DNA from: Octopus sinensis
Taxonomy: Eukaryota
Direction: 5' to 3'
Assembly: GCF_006345805.1 (NCBI RefSeq)
Contig: NW_021835296.1
Span: 1 to 40,388, forward strand
Length of the DNA stretch: 40,388 bases
Shown: positions 24,460-36,445 of the stretch, piece by piece
How positions within the stretch are numbered: position 1 is the first letter of the stretch
How the letters are laid out: each line of letters begins with the position of its first letter
The notes under the pieces: generated by a model
The model's database searches: none
What the model saw: only the letters and a program-made list of their open reading frames with translations
What the model was told of the DNA's origin: nothing
Program-made: the position numbers and the translations under genes

Positions 24460-25371
24460 ATCATCAATCATCATCATCATCGTCGCCGTCATCACCCTCA
24501 TCATCATCATCAATCATCATCATCATCGTCATCACCATCACCATCATCATCATCATCATCATCTTAAACATCATAATCATCATCATCATCATCATTACGA
24601 ATAGCTATTGTGGCTTTTATTTCTGTTTGAACTTCCGTCGCTGATTCTTCGACAATAAACAACGCTAACAATAGGAACAGATTAATAATGGACAGAAAGA
24701 AAGAGAAAAATAGACAAGAGAATGAATACCTGACGGGGAGAGAGAGAGGGAGTAGACAAAAGCAACAACGATAAGGAGAGGGGGAGAGAGGAGAGGGAAG
24801 GGAAAAGAGAGAATGGGTGAAAATAAAGAAAAAGATTATAGAGCTAAGAGAAAGACAGAGGATGGACAAGAGAGAGAAAAGGAGAGAATGAGGATGGACA
24901 AGAGAGAGAGAGAGAGTGAGGATGGACAAGGAAGAGAGAGAGAGGATGGACAAGAGAGAGAGCGAGATGATGGTCAAGAGAGAGAGACACACACACAGAA
25001 AGGGGTTGAGGGAAAGGGAGGGAAGGGAGAGAGTGGGTGAAAATAAAGAAAAAGGTAGTACAACTGATAGTAGAGAGAGAGAAAGAGAGAGAGAGAGCGT
25101 GAGAGAGCGAAGGAAAATAGAATCGTCAGTGATGAGACAGAGAAGAGTGAGTGAGAGAGATAGACAGAGAAGGACAGAGAGAAAAAGAGAGAGATAATTG
25201 TGAAGAAAAAGAGGAAGCGAGAGATAGGGAGAGAGAGAGGGGGATGTTTGGGAAGGAAAGAGGAAAGAAAGAGACAATCGAACCAAAGAAAACAAAGAAA
25301 TGAAAAACCAAAAATATAAGAAAGTAGGATGAGAGAAGAGGCGAAAGAGGAATGATATAGATATAGGAAGG

Positions 25372-25402
<31 letters not shown>

Positions 25403-25425
25403 AGGGGGGAAAGAGAGGGAGGGAG

Positions 25426-25699
25426 GACGTCCAGCATGTGTGTGAGAGAAAGAAGAAAAGAGGAATGACAGATAGGCAGACAGACAATCAGATAGGGTGA
25501 GAGAAAGAGAGAGGAAGAGAGAGAGAGTAAGAGAGAGAGGGGGAGAGTAAGAGAGCGGGAGAGAGTAAAAGAGAGAGGGAGAGAGTAAGAGAGAGACGGA
25601 GAGAGACGGAGGAAAGACGTCCAGCATGTGTGTGAGAGAAAGAAGAAAAAAGGAATGACAGATAGACAGACAGACAATCAGATAGGGTGAGAGAAAGAG
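25426..25699. repeat. Direct repeat of an ~83-bp unit, 190-bp period, inside a GA-rich tract
   Basis: GACGTCCAGCATGTGTGTGAGAGAAAGAAG...CAATCAGATAGGGTGAGAGAAAGAG starts at 25426 and 25616. Confidence 0.85.
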
Positions 25700-25786
25700 T
25701 AAGAGAGAGAGAGGGTGAGAGTAAGAGAGAGAGGGAGAGAGTAAGAGAGAGAGGGAGAGCAAAGAGTGCCAGAAAGCTTGTGTGAT

Positions 25787-25832
<46 letters not shown>

Positions 25833-26236
25833 TGTGCGTTAGACAGCAAAATCCTCTTAAACTAAACAAGAATGTCTAGACAGGCTTTTAAACATCAAAA
25901 AGTTCAAGACAGAAATAATTATGGCTTTTAGTGAGAAATGTGTTCATTCTAGCTTGTAGATTATATTCCCAGCATTATATATTCCTCTCTCTGTGCGGCA
26001 GCAGCCATTCCACTTTCTCTTCTCTTCGTTCTATATACATATAAATATACATAATATACATTCATATATATCATATAATATTATATTATATATATATATA
26101 TATATCTATATATTATATATATAATATATATATGACTATATCGTATACATATATATACATATATTCATATCTAGTGTGTATGTATGCGTATGTATATATG
26201 TATATTTAATATTCTAGTGGCTATTGGTCACCCAGC

Positions 26237-26268
<32 letters not shown>

Positions 26269-26444
26269 GTGTGTGTGTGTGTATTTTGTATAACGTGTAT
26301 TACTGTCGGTTTCAGTCCCACTGCACGGCACCTTCTGAAAGTGTCTTCTACATTAGTCCCGAACTCACCAATGCCTGGCAAAGTGAATTTGTCACATAGA
26401 AACTGTGCGAAAGCCTGACATATACAATATATACCTATATATAC

Positions 26445-26521
<77 letters not shown>

Positions 26522-27191
26522 CGTACACAGACACATATATATGTTTGGGTGTGTTTGTGTGTGTGTGTGTGTGTGTGGTGCTGGTGATGTTTCGATACTT
26601 TATGTTCTCATCTCACCGAGGTTCTGATGATATCGCTTCTAAAGCAGCTCTTAGGGTCAAGACGATTCAGTTTAGAAGTTTACAACATACAAACATACAT
26701 ACATACATACACCACATAAACACAACATACATAATACATACGTAACGTACATACATACACATAAATACATAAAACCAACACACACATACATACATACATA
26801 CATACATACGTACGTACGTACGTACATACATACATACATACATACATACATACATACATACATACATACACACATACATACATACATGCATACATGAATA
26901 CATATGAGACAGTATCAAATGGTTCCCCAAATACTTCTGCAGCACGCCAACAGGTGGCTGCACGCAGTTGCGTGTGCAGTGAGAAGTTAGCAGTGATCTT
27001 CATGAGGCAGTTTTCCGTATAACATCGCTGTGAAATTTGTGTTTTGGTGATCACGTGTATGCTATATTCTTCGATTGTGTCATGGAGAGGAAAAGAAGCC
27101 AACATGTAAGTTTGCATTACATACATAGAGATAGATAGATATATAGATATATATATATATATAGGATAGATATATAGATAGACAGACAGAC

Positions 27192-27263
<72 letters not shown>

Positions 27264-27273
27264 GGATGGATAG

Positions 27274-27307
<34 letters not shown>

Positions 27308-27592
27308 GTTTCTTTATTGGCCACACAGGGCTGCACACAGATGGGACAAGTTACAAGGTAGAGCTTTTCTTTTGGGGGATGAAAAAAACAAAAAACAAAA
27401 GAAAAAAAAGGGGTGGCGTAGGTTTTCGATCAAGAGGGATCGTAAAAGGGATGAAAAGAACAAAAAAATAAATAAATAAAAGAAAAAAGAAAAAAGAAAA
27501 ATAAAAAAAGAAAAGGAAAAGGAACAAAAGAAAAGAGAAATGTAAAAAGAATAAAAAATGGGGAAAAAAAGGGGAAGAGGAAAAAAAACGAC

Positions 27593-27643
<51 letters not shown>

Positions 27644-27664
27644 GATAGATAGAGATAGATAGAT

Positions 27665-27718
<54 letters not shown>

Positions 27719-27756
27719 GGATGGATGGATAGATGGATGAATAGATAAATAGATAG

Positions 27757-27798
<42 letters not shown>

Positions 27799-28751
27799 CT
27801 CCATATGTATTTCAGTAAGTGTAAGAGCCAACGGGGTGGGGTATTATTCTAACGCAACCTAATAGAAATATCAATGAAATTCCCTCTAATCACACTGTTC
27901 TTCGGATCAAAGGTCTTTCCGAGCCATAGGGTGATAGGACTGCTTTTTCGGATTGTGTGACTTACATATCTCCGCCGCATCCATCCTGGACGTGACACTT
28001 GTCCCTCCCAGGTTTACACATTTTTGCTAGTTGAGTAGAGTGGGGCAACATAAAAAGGAAGTATTTTGCTCAAGTACACAACATCTAACCTAGACCAGAA
28101 ATCGAAATCGTAACCTTATGTTCGTGAGTGCAACTTCCCACCCAATAAGCTACGCCTACACACACATAGTGAAAATTTTAAAGAAAAGACGAAGACGGGT
28201 GTTTGAACAACAAACAGATGTATTAGTTTAACGTTCCGGAAATGAGAAAGTGTTTTACGTTTCGAGCGGAATACGCTCTTCGACAGAAAAGAGCACAGAA
28301 ATAAACAGGGAGAGAAAATAGAAAAGGTTTAGTGGCTAGCGAACTATCGTGGTGAATGCCGGACAGAGGGGTAACACAGGAGAGCTAGGAAGAAGGAGAG
28401 ATAATAAAATAGTGGTGATTCCAAAACGCGTACGTGTGTATGTGAGAGCGTTTGGAAGCGGGCTGGAGACCTTGACGTGTGCGTTGTGTGAATGTGTAGG
28501 TGTGTGGATGATGGTGTAGGTGCTGGGAAGTGGTCAGTGCTAGTCTGTGCGGGGTGGTGTGGTGTGGTGTGGTGTGTGTTGGTGTGGTGGTGTGTGGTGT
28601 GGTGTGGTGGCGTGTAGTGTGGTGTGGTGGTGTTAGGGTGTTGGAGAGGCGAGAGTAGGTGAAGCAAGGGTGGCGTCTAAAGTATGGGGTAGTGTTGGGA
28701 CGGGATGTATAGGGATGGTGTGGTTGGAATTTGTAGGGATATATATAAACC

Positions 28752-28791
<40 letters not shown>

Positions 28792-28810
28792 CACACTCAC
28801 ACACACACAT

Positions 28811-29034
28811 ATATTATAATATCAAGGGCTGTTACTGTGCGTAAAGCCATACGCTTTAATGGGACTCTAAAGTCAAACTACTTCAATAATTATACACACG
28901 CGCCGACTCCGAGGGAATGAAAACTTGGAGAAATTCCGTCGGCGCGTGTGTATACTTATTGAAGTCGTTTGACTTTAGCGTCCCATTAAAGTGTGTGACT
29001 TTACGTATAGTAATAGTCTTTGGTATTATAATGT
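28811..29034. repeat. Hairpin with 97-bp ungapped arms and 30-nt centre
   Basis: 28811-28907 versus reverse complement of 28938-29034: 84/97 identical, no indels. Confidence 0.92.
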
Positions 29035-29470
29035 ATTTTATATACAAAGGAAAAAATTAAATACTTTGCATTGATTTTCTTTCCTTAATTGGTTAACACG
29101 GTGGCTACTCGGTAAAATTATATATAGATTTTATCCTTATATTTTGTTTACACACACATACATATATATGTATACTCACCACACACACACACACATACAC
29201 ACACACACGCACACACACACGTGTCATCATTGCACACATACACACACATGCGCACCCGCAGACCTCCCCGCACGCACACATCCACACACTTCCCCCCCCC
29301 TCATTTTCCTTGTCTTTGACATACTACCTACTGTCTTTGGAAGCTCTCCTGTCTTTAAAAAGACATTATTCTTCCACCATTCTACTTCCGGTCTTTCAAT
29401 ATGTAACCTCGTGAGTACCGCTGCCGATTTTTTTCCTCAGTCTTCCCTTCTCGGGATCTTTCCTTCTATA

Positions 29471-29503
29471 TTTCCGACGAAGAGCTCCGCTCGAAACGTT
29501 AAA
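29471..29503 (+). ncRNA. Minimal hammerhead-like motif (U4C) in a Penelope-pLTR-like repeat (~29330-29605)
   Basis: UUU-CCGACGA-A-GAGC(UCC)GCUC-GAAAC-GUU-AAA. A related, more degenerate motif lies at 22710-22737 (+). Confidence 0.5.
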
Positions 29504-30091
29504 CTCTCCTTCTTCCCTTCTTTCTTGAGCGTCCAATAATACTTTATTTGTTCCACGTCCTCGCGTTGCTGTGTTTTTTTTGTGTTTTCTTGTTTGGATT
29601 AACTTATATATATATATATATATATATATATTAATATATATATATATATATTATATATATATATTATATATATACACATATATATATGTGTGTGCGTGTG
29701 TATGTATGTGTGTGTGTGTGCATGTGTGTATATTAAAAATACTCCACATAACAACACAAGTCAAGATATTTGGAAAAATAATAAAACGCAATAAGAAAAG
29801 GCTTTTCCCACTTATTTGTAAGAGATTTGGTTCCAAAATTTATTATAGTCAAATAATTTCAAAATATCTTTTTAAGATTTCTAATTCCTTAATTACAAAA
29901 ATATATCAATGTACATGATTTCACACCGGTTTCTCTTCTTACAGGAAATATTCATTACAATGTTTGTGAGTAATGGCTTACTAGTAACTTTTATTTAATG
30001 CACACGCACACACACACATACGCACATGAGCTTATAAAATAAAATTTTATCCTGTTTTCAAATGGTAATCAGATTCTCTTTCCTTCTGCAG

Positions 30092-30304
30092 GAGCACTTT
30101 ATCTGGACAAAACTTATGGGCCGAAAAAAGTTGACGATATGGTACCACCTGGTGAACGCTATCTGTATGCTTGGAATATCACAGAGAATTTCGCCCCTGC
30201 CAGAGATGATGAGAATTGTATAGCCTGGGCCTACCACTCGCACGTCCTAACCACAAGGGATACGAACACCGGACTTATTGGTCCGCTCATTACATGCAAA
30301 GCAG
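30092..30304 (+). CDS. Hephaestin/ceruloplasmin-like ferroxidase, exon 3
   Basis: Acceptor TCCTTCTGCAG|GA, donor GCAG|GTAAAA, 213 nt, phase 1/1. GALYLDKTYGPKKVDDMVPPGERYLYAWNITENFAPARDDENCIAWAYHSHVLTTRDTNTGLIGPLITCKAG: YHSH (T3 ligands) and the conserved Cys pair. Confidence 0.96.
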
Positions 30305-30822
30305 GTAAAAAATATCAGTAGCACTTCATTGAAACCTCCACATCACCACCAACCGGGTCGTAATTATCTGTATCATCGTCTGTAACAACGTTTTTTTAAT
30401 CGCCGGTAACGCCTACATCACCACCATCTGCACCACCACAAGCACCAGCACCAGCATCACCACCACCACCACCACCACTACCACCACCACAACCATCACC
30501 ACCACCACAACCACTACCACCACTACTTCCACCACCACTACAATCATCATCATCATCATCGTCATCACTGTAGCTATTATCATCATCATCTTCCTCGTCA
30601 TCGTCGTCATTGTCATCATTTTCATCACCATCATCAACATCGTCATCATCATATTTATCCTCCTGCACCTCCTGCTACTCCTCCAACTCTTTCTCCTCCT
30701 CGTCGTCTTCGTCATCATCATCATCATCATTGCTGTCGACTTCATCGGTGTCGTCGCCATCATTATCATGATCATCATCACGGTTGTTATCATCATCATC
30801 ATCATCAACGTCGTCGCCGTCG

Positions 30823-30863
<41 letters not shown>

Positions 30864-31788
30864 GTCGTCGTCGTCGTCGTCGTTCTCTTTACGGTTTTGT
30901 CGATGCCTGGTTATCATGGAGTTTGCTAAAACATTTCATTATACGGAAACAGATGATTTACCAGAAAGTCAGACCGCCAGACCGCCAGACAGCCACGCAA
31001 AGCCAACATCCAAGAACCAAACCATAAAATATGAAGTGTGGCCGTCCTTCCAAAACCACAACAAAGACTCTAATGAAGGACAGGGTTAATGGAAATTGGA
31101 ATGTTGTCTGTCAGCCATTCGTACTCGACACAAAAGCAAATTGTAGTTGATAGGTATTGAAGTAGAATAGTTTAAACTTTTAGAACAGATCTATAATATC
31201 CTATATTGTCTTCATTTGGTAAATTTCGTAGAGATGGTTTGCGGCTCTTCTTTAAAATCTGACAAAATGAAAGGAAACATGACAAATAACAAGCAGAAAG
31301 ATCTGTTTTATAATCTAGACCTAACCGCAATTATAAGAAAGTTGCTCGGCAGGAAATGTATTTACATATTCTATTGTTAATATTCAGTGACGTAAGACAA
31401 GGCGCCGAGGTGGCAGAATCGTTAGCGCGCCAGGCGAAATGCTTGCGGCATTTCGTCCGTATTTACGTTCTCAGTTCAAATTGCTCCGAGGGCGGACCTT
31501 GACTTTCATCTTTCGGGGTCGATATAATAAATAGAAGCTGAGCTATCGGGATCGATGTATTTGTTTTTTGTTTTGCTTTTAGCTCCCTTTTACCGCTTAC
31601 TCGCCTCATGCAAATATTTTGTTGTAAGAAATTACTGTCTCCCATCCTAGAGTTTCTAGGTCCAATTAAGCGGTTTACATGGTGTTTAAGTGACAGACAT
31701 CACAACAGTTCACCTGAATGGAACGCTGGTCCATCACAGAATAACTCATTTATAGCTGTGTGGACAATGAGCAGCATTAAATAAAGTA

Positions 31789-32027
31789 CAGTTCTACTTT
31801 TAAGAGATGAGAAATTATGTACATTATTTACATTATTTACATTCAACGGATATTTGTCCTCATCTTGTTAACACAACGTTTCGGCTGATATATCCTCCAG
31901 CCTTCTTCAGGTGTCTTGGGGAAATTTCGAACCGGGGTTCTCATTCATAAGGTATTTTTCGATGTTATTATCATTATTATTGTTATTGTTCAGGTTACTG
32001 CTTGGAATAGAACTCGGAATCTTGGGG
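31789..32027 (-). mobile_element. 5'-truncated inverted copy of the tRNA-headed hammerhead element
   Basis: Reverse complement of 32118-32312 plus a further ~35-nt tail. Hammerhead at 31870-31915 (GACAC-CUGAAGA-A-GGCUG..CAGCC-GAAAC-GUU-GUGUU). Confidence 0.85.
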
Positions 32028-32078
32028 TGAGTGGATTTTCATGTATGCAAATGGAACTACTACTCAATAATTACCCAC

Positions 32079-32312
32079 GGGCATATGGCGTAGTGGTTAA
32101 GAGCGCGGGCTACTAAGCCCAAGATTCCGAGTTCGATTCCAAGCAGTGACCTGAACAATAACAACAATAATAATAATAACATCGAAAAATACCTTAGGAA
32201 TGAGAACCCCAAGACACCTGAAGAAGGCTGGAGGGTATATCAGCCGAAACGTTGTGTTAACAACAAACAAGATGAGGACAAATATCCGTTGAATGTAAAT
32301 AATGTAAATAAT
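32079..32312 (+). mobile_element. SINE-like element: tRNA-like Pol III head + (AAT)n linker + minimal hammerhead
   Basis: A box TGGCGTAGTGG 32086-32096; B box GAGTTCGATTCC 32129-32140; 3' acceptor-like GTGACC; hammerhead at 32213-32258 with intact CUGAAGA/GAAA core. Confidence 0.8.
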
Positions 32313-32658
32313 GAAATAACGTTTTCTGCTCAAGAAGCAAAGCGCCACCTAGTTCAGGAATCGAAACCACAATTTTGTGATCGTGAGTATAGCACCCTCA
32401 CTACCTTTCTACACGCCTTAACATGTGCAAATGATGCCATGGTGATAATATTCAGCTGATTTTCAATAATATTCTTCAATTAGATAGGCTCCCACTTGTA
32501 ATATAAGGATGACGAATGACCGCCAGTGACTTCCTTTAGAAGTACTCAACAATAAAATCGGTTCAGGGCAGTTTTAAACAACTGTTATATATTTTTTAGT
32601 TGTTCATTCACAGTCTTACATCATCAACCCACTGACGATGCCGTTTGCTGTGCCGATA

Positions 32659-33787
32659 CTTGCCCGGGATGCGATTTTTTCCCATGATAGTTCTGGACCC
32701 CAGTAATGAACTCATTTGCATACAGCCAATCAGAGCTCACCTTGAAAATCTACATACTGTGTACTACTATAGTACATCCGGTCAGGCATAGAATGGTGTG
32801 TGTCACTCTATGAGTACAGCATAGCAGGTTTCACATAAGCACTGCACTCCCACAACCCTTATAGATCATTTGAGCACCATCTCTATATGGTACTAACATT
32901 AGATACCTATGCTCAGACTGAGATCAGTGATACTGGATGTACCCGTTGATATACGCAAGGAGGATGCAGGCGCAATACGACACAACACCATATTAATTAC
33001 GATGTTTCCAGATCAAGACCAACATTTTAAATTAGGAATGTACACTACCGTCAGAAATTAATTAGCACCCTTGATTTGCTCTTCACTCAAGGTATGTGCT
33101 GTCACCTAGTGGCCATATCTCGAACTATTGCTTTGTTGCGAGTTCACTGTTGCGCAGAACGATGACGTAACTTTGTTTGCAGAGCAGTTTGAGAGTCTAC
33201 AGCCTTTTGATGTTGACATAGCAGTGCAACAACTTGGAGTGCGGATGCAGACAAATCTTCCTTTGTTTAATAGATATAGGTAGCGCCTCGCAAGGACCGA
33301 AATCACACCATACTAAGTTTTCTCATCGCGTAAGACGTTTTGAACAGCTCATAGGTTAATTTATTTAACCTACTTAATGTAGAAATTTGAGAAGTGCTAA
33401 TTAATTTCTGACGCAAGTGTACAATATCAATCAAAAAATTAGGAAACTACACTCATTTACATTTTCTAGTAAATTACGCAAATTGGCAACACTTACGGTG
33501 GCATCGGTGAGGAGCTCTCCATTCACTTTTTACACTAAATTTCACGTCTGTCTCCCCTATTAACCCGTTTAGAACAGTTGGATTTTGCTATAACGCACAT
33601 TTTCCACTGAACTCAAACTGAGTATTTTCGTGACTAGATGGACACTAGTTCTGAATAATAAATATATCTGTCAGTGCGTATGTGTGTTTGTCCCATACCA
33701 CCGTTTGACGACTAGTTTGGTTGTATGCAAAAAATTTTATAACTGGGGCCCAGAACTCTCGTGGGAAAAAAATCGCGCCCGGGATAG
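32659..33787. mobile_element. Non-autonomous TIR element (~70-bp imperfect TIRs, TA flanks) hosting a nested MITE
   Basis: 32659-32730 and 33718-33787 are inverted (CCCGGG..GCGATTTTTTCCCA..GTTCTGG.CCCCAGT..TTTGCATACA). Confidence 0.7.
33043..33419. mobile_element. Tc1-like internally deleted element, 377 bp
   Basis: 26-bp TIRs CACTACCGTCAGAAATTAATTAGCAC (2 mismatches), TA TSD in TG-TA..TA-CA context. Faint Tc1-like C-terminus ending ..TPY*. Confidence 0.82.
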
Positions 33788-34148
33788 TATCAACAATGAT
33801 TATTAGCTCGTGACTATCGAAATATAGTTGGCAAATATGGAGAAAGAATGGCCGTTTCTGCTTCTGCCCAACTCTGAGAAAGCTGGGAGATTTAGTCACT
33901 AGGGTTACCCGTTCGCATTGGTCTTGTAGGCGCGACGTCTTAAGTAATTACATCATATAGCTAACACGAACTCCGCAAGACGAAGCTAGAGGCGTTGCAT
34001 AGTTGCTCAGCGTTTAGAAATCGTCGTGGCCCACAGTTGCACAGAACACTATTCTAGCATTAGTGTAACACTCAATGCCAAAGTTTGGGACAAGTCACTC
34101 TAGAATTTTCCAGGTGTATATTATGGCATATATTATGGCATATATGGC

Positions 34149-34582
34149 ATGGTTCTTGGTCTCAAGCATTTGTCTTATGAAGAAAGGCTGAAGACGCTCG
34201 ACCTTTATTCTCTAGAAAAACGACGACGCCGTGGTGATCCCATTCTTGCTCACAACATCATAAGCGGAAAGTGTAACCTCTCGAAAGAGATGTTCTTCAC
34301 TCCTGCTCCAGAGCGTAGGCTGCGGGGTCACTCCGAAAAGCTCTATCTGCGACGATCTCATCTCAATCGAAGGAGAGGGGCTTTCTCCGTCCGGGTTGCG
34401 GATCCGTGGAATAAGCTGCCGGACGAGATAGTGAAGATGCCAACGACCGCTCGGTCCAAAGTCTCTCTTGACCAGAAATGGCCTGAACTCTTTGCATGAA
34501 CACCATGCCTGTACATAACTCCATGTCCCCCTACATGGCCTTGCTTTATGCTTTTTGAGCCAAAAAATTAACTTAACTTAAC
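34149..34582 (+). mobile_element. CR1/L2-type LINE 3' end
   Basis: LSYEERLKTLDLYSLEKRRRRGD..LRGH..FSVRVADPWNKLP C-terminal motifs, then a short 3' UTR and an (AACTT)n tail at ~34567-34583. Confidence 0.88.
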
Positions 34583-34810
34583 TATATTTCCCGCCTACGC
34601 TCTAGGGAATAGAGTCCCAATCTCTTGAGTCTTTCCCCGTAGCTTATATGCTGCATAGAAGCTACCTTCTTCGTGTAGTTTCGTTGGATTGCCTCAAGTT
34701 CTGCAATTAATTTTACACTGGTTCGTAACCATAGCTGGGTACAATAGTCAAAGTGGCTTAGGACAAGGATAATCATGTTTGCCTGATCTCTCGTTTTGAA
34801 AGTTCTAAGA
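34583..34810 (-). mobile_element. CR1/L2-type LINE RT fragment, opposite orientation
   Basis: LSHFDYCTQLW...LEAIQRNYTK..ISYGERLKRLGLYSLERRRE. Confidence 0.85.
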
Positions 34811-34983
34811 ATCCATATATATATATATATTTGAGACATCGGATATCATATTTCAGTGCTGCAGTCCATAACGAACTGTTCTAATTGACTAAGCCCTTCC
34901 AAAACGCCGTGTATGTGCATGAGTGTGTATGTGTGTGTGTAAAAGCATATAATACCTTGTATCCCGTTCTATCCTCGATGCAG

Positions 34984-35317
34984 GTGTACTGGACGCCGAC
35001 GGAAACCGACGTGATGTGAAACAAGAATTCGTGTTACTGGCTAAAGTATTTGACGAGAACAAAAGCTGGTATCTCAGGGACAACCTGAAGAAATGTGGCA
35101 ATCCAAAGTCCTGCTATACCGAACATCGATCCCACGACCCTGATTTTATACAGTCCAACCTACTATATGCCATCAATGGATATACCTTTGGCAACGGACC
35201 CGATTTTTCTACCTGCACCGGAACCACTATAGCCTGGCACATCATGGGCATGGGAAGTAACTCAGATTTGCATTCGATTCATATTGAAGGACAAGTTTTC
35301 CAGAAAGATCAACATAC
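34984..35317 (+). CDS. Hephaestin/ceruloplasmin-like ferroxidase, exon 4 (cupredoxin domain 2)
   Basis: Acceptor ATGCAG|GT, donor CATAC|GTATGA, 334 nt, phase 1/2. GVLDADGNRRDVKQEFVLLAKVFDENKSWYLRDNLKKCGNPKSCYTEHRSHDPDFIQSNLLYAINGYTFGNGPDFSTCTGTTIAWHIMGMGSNSDLHSIHIEGQVFQKDQH(T): DENxSWYL, NGY and WHxxGMG motifs. Confidence 0.94.
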
Positions 35318-35495
35318 GTATGAATTTTCTTTATGGTTTCTTTTATATAATTTAATTTTATGTTCTTTTTTTGTTTATTACTTCTATATATCTTTTTTCT
35401 AGTTCCAGTAAACACTCTCTTCTCCGGTATATCTATATATATTTATATATGTATATATTTATATAATTATATACATATATATAAATATATGCATA

Positions 35496-35899
35496 GGCGC
35501 AGGAGTGACTGTGTGGTAAGTAGCTTGCTTACGAACCACATGGCTCCGGGTTCAGTCCCACTGCGTGGCATCTTGGGCAGGTGTCTTCCACTATAGCCTC
35601 GGGCCGACCAAAGCCTTGTGAGTGGATTTGGTAGACGGAAACTGAAAGAAGCCCGTCGTATATATATGTATATATATGTATGTGTGCGTGTATGTTTGTG
35701 TGTCTGTGTTTGTCTCCCTAGCATTGCATGACAACCGATTCTGGTGTGTTGACGTCCCCGTCACTTAGCGGTTCGGCAAAAGAGACCGATAGAATAAGTA
35801 CTGGGCTTACAGAGAATAAGTCCCGGGGTCGAGTTGCTCGACTAAAGGCGGTGCTCCAGCATGGCCGCAGTCAAATGACTGAAACAAGTAAAAGAGTAA
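35496..35899 (+). mobile_element. SINE family A, full-length copy
   Basis: Head GGCGCAGGAGTGACTGTGTGGTAAG, GGGTTCAGTCCC B-box-like motif, internal (TA)/(TG) tract, tail GAAACAAGTAAAAGAG. Confidence 0.88.
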
Positions 35900-35941
35900 A
35901 ATACATATATATATAACTATATCTATGTCTATAGATATATA

Positions 35942-36023
<82 letters not shown>

Positions 36024-36335
36024 TACATATATATATCTATACATATACATATATATATACAAATATATGTATATGTATATCTTTATCTCTCTCTCTCTCT
36101 ATATATATATGTGGTCATAATATAGATAATGTTTGAATTACTACTGAGTTAATTTTGAATGTGTCTAAAAGTTATTTTATTTAAATAAAGATTTGACTTT
36201 ATTTCTTTATCATTCAACCTTCAGGGTCTCCACAAACGAGACAAATACTTACAAGAAATATTAAAAAAAAGTGTTTTTGTTCTTCCTCTTAATGAATTCA
36301 TTTAATGTATTAATGTATTGTTTTTTGTACAATAG

Positions 36336-36445
36336 ATTAGACACCATTCGAGTGGCACCAGCCGTGTTTAAAACATCACCTATGCGTGTTTCTCAATACC
36401 CAGGATCATGGCTCATTAACTGCCAAATTGCACATCATTTCACAA
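36336..36445 (+). CDS. Hephaestin/ceruloplasmin-like ferroxidase, exon 5 (type-1 Cu Cys/His)
   Basis: Acceptor TTTTTTGTACAATAG|A, donor ACAA|GTAAGC, 110 nt, phase 2/1. LDTIRVAPAVFKTSPMRVSQYPGSWLINCQIAHHFT(S): PGxWLxxC-x4-H motif. Confidence 0.92.

Noticed and set aside
26578-26618. - strand GAUGAG..CGAAACAUC motif as a hammerhead
   Set aside because: C3, U4 and the stem III G are all altered and stem II is broken; too degenerate to count.
28908-28937. Centre of the 97-bp hairpin as a hammerhead
   Set aside because: GAAAAC and GUC are present but there is no CUGANGA box or stem II.
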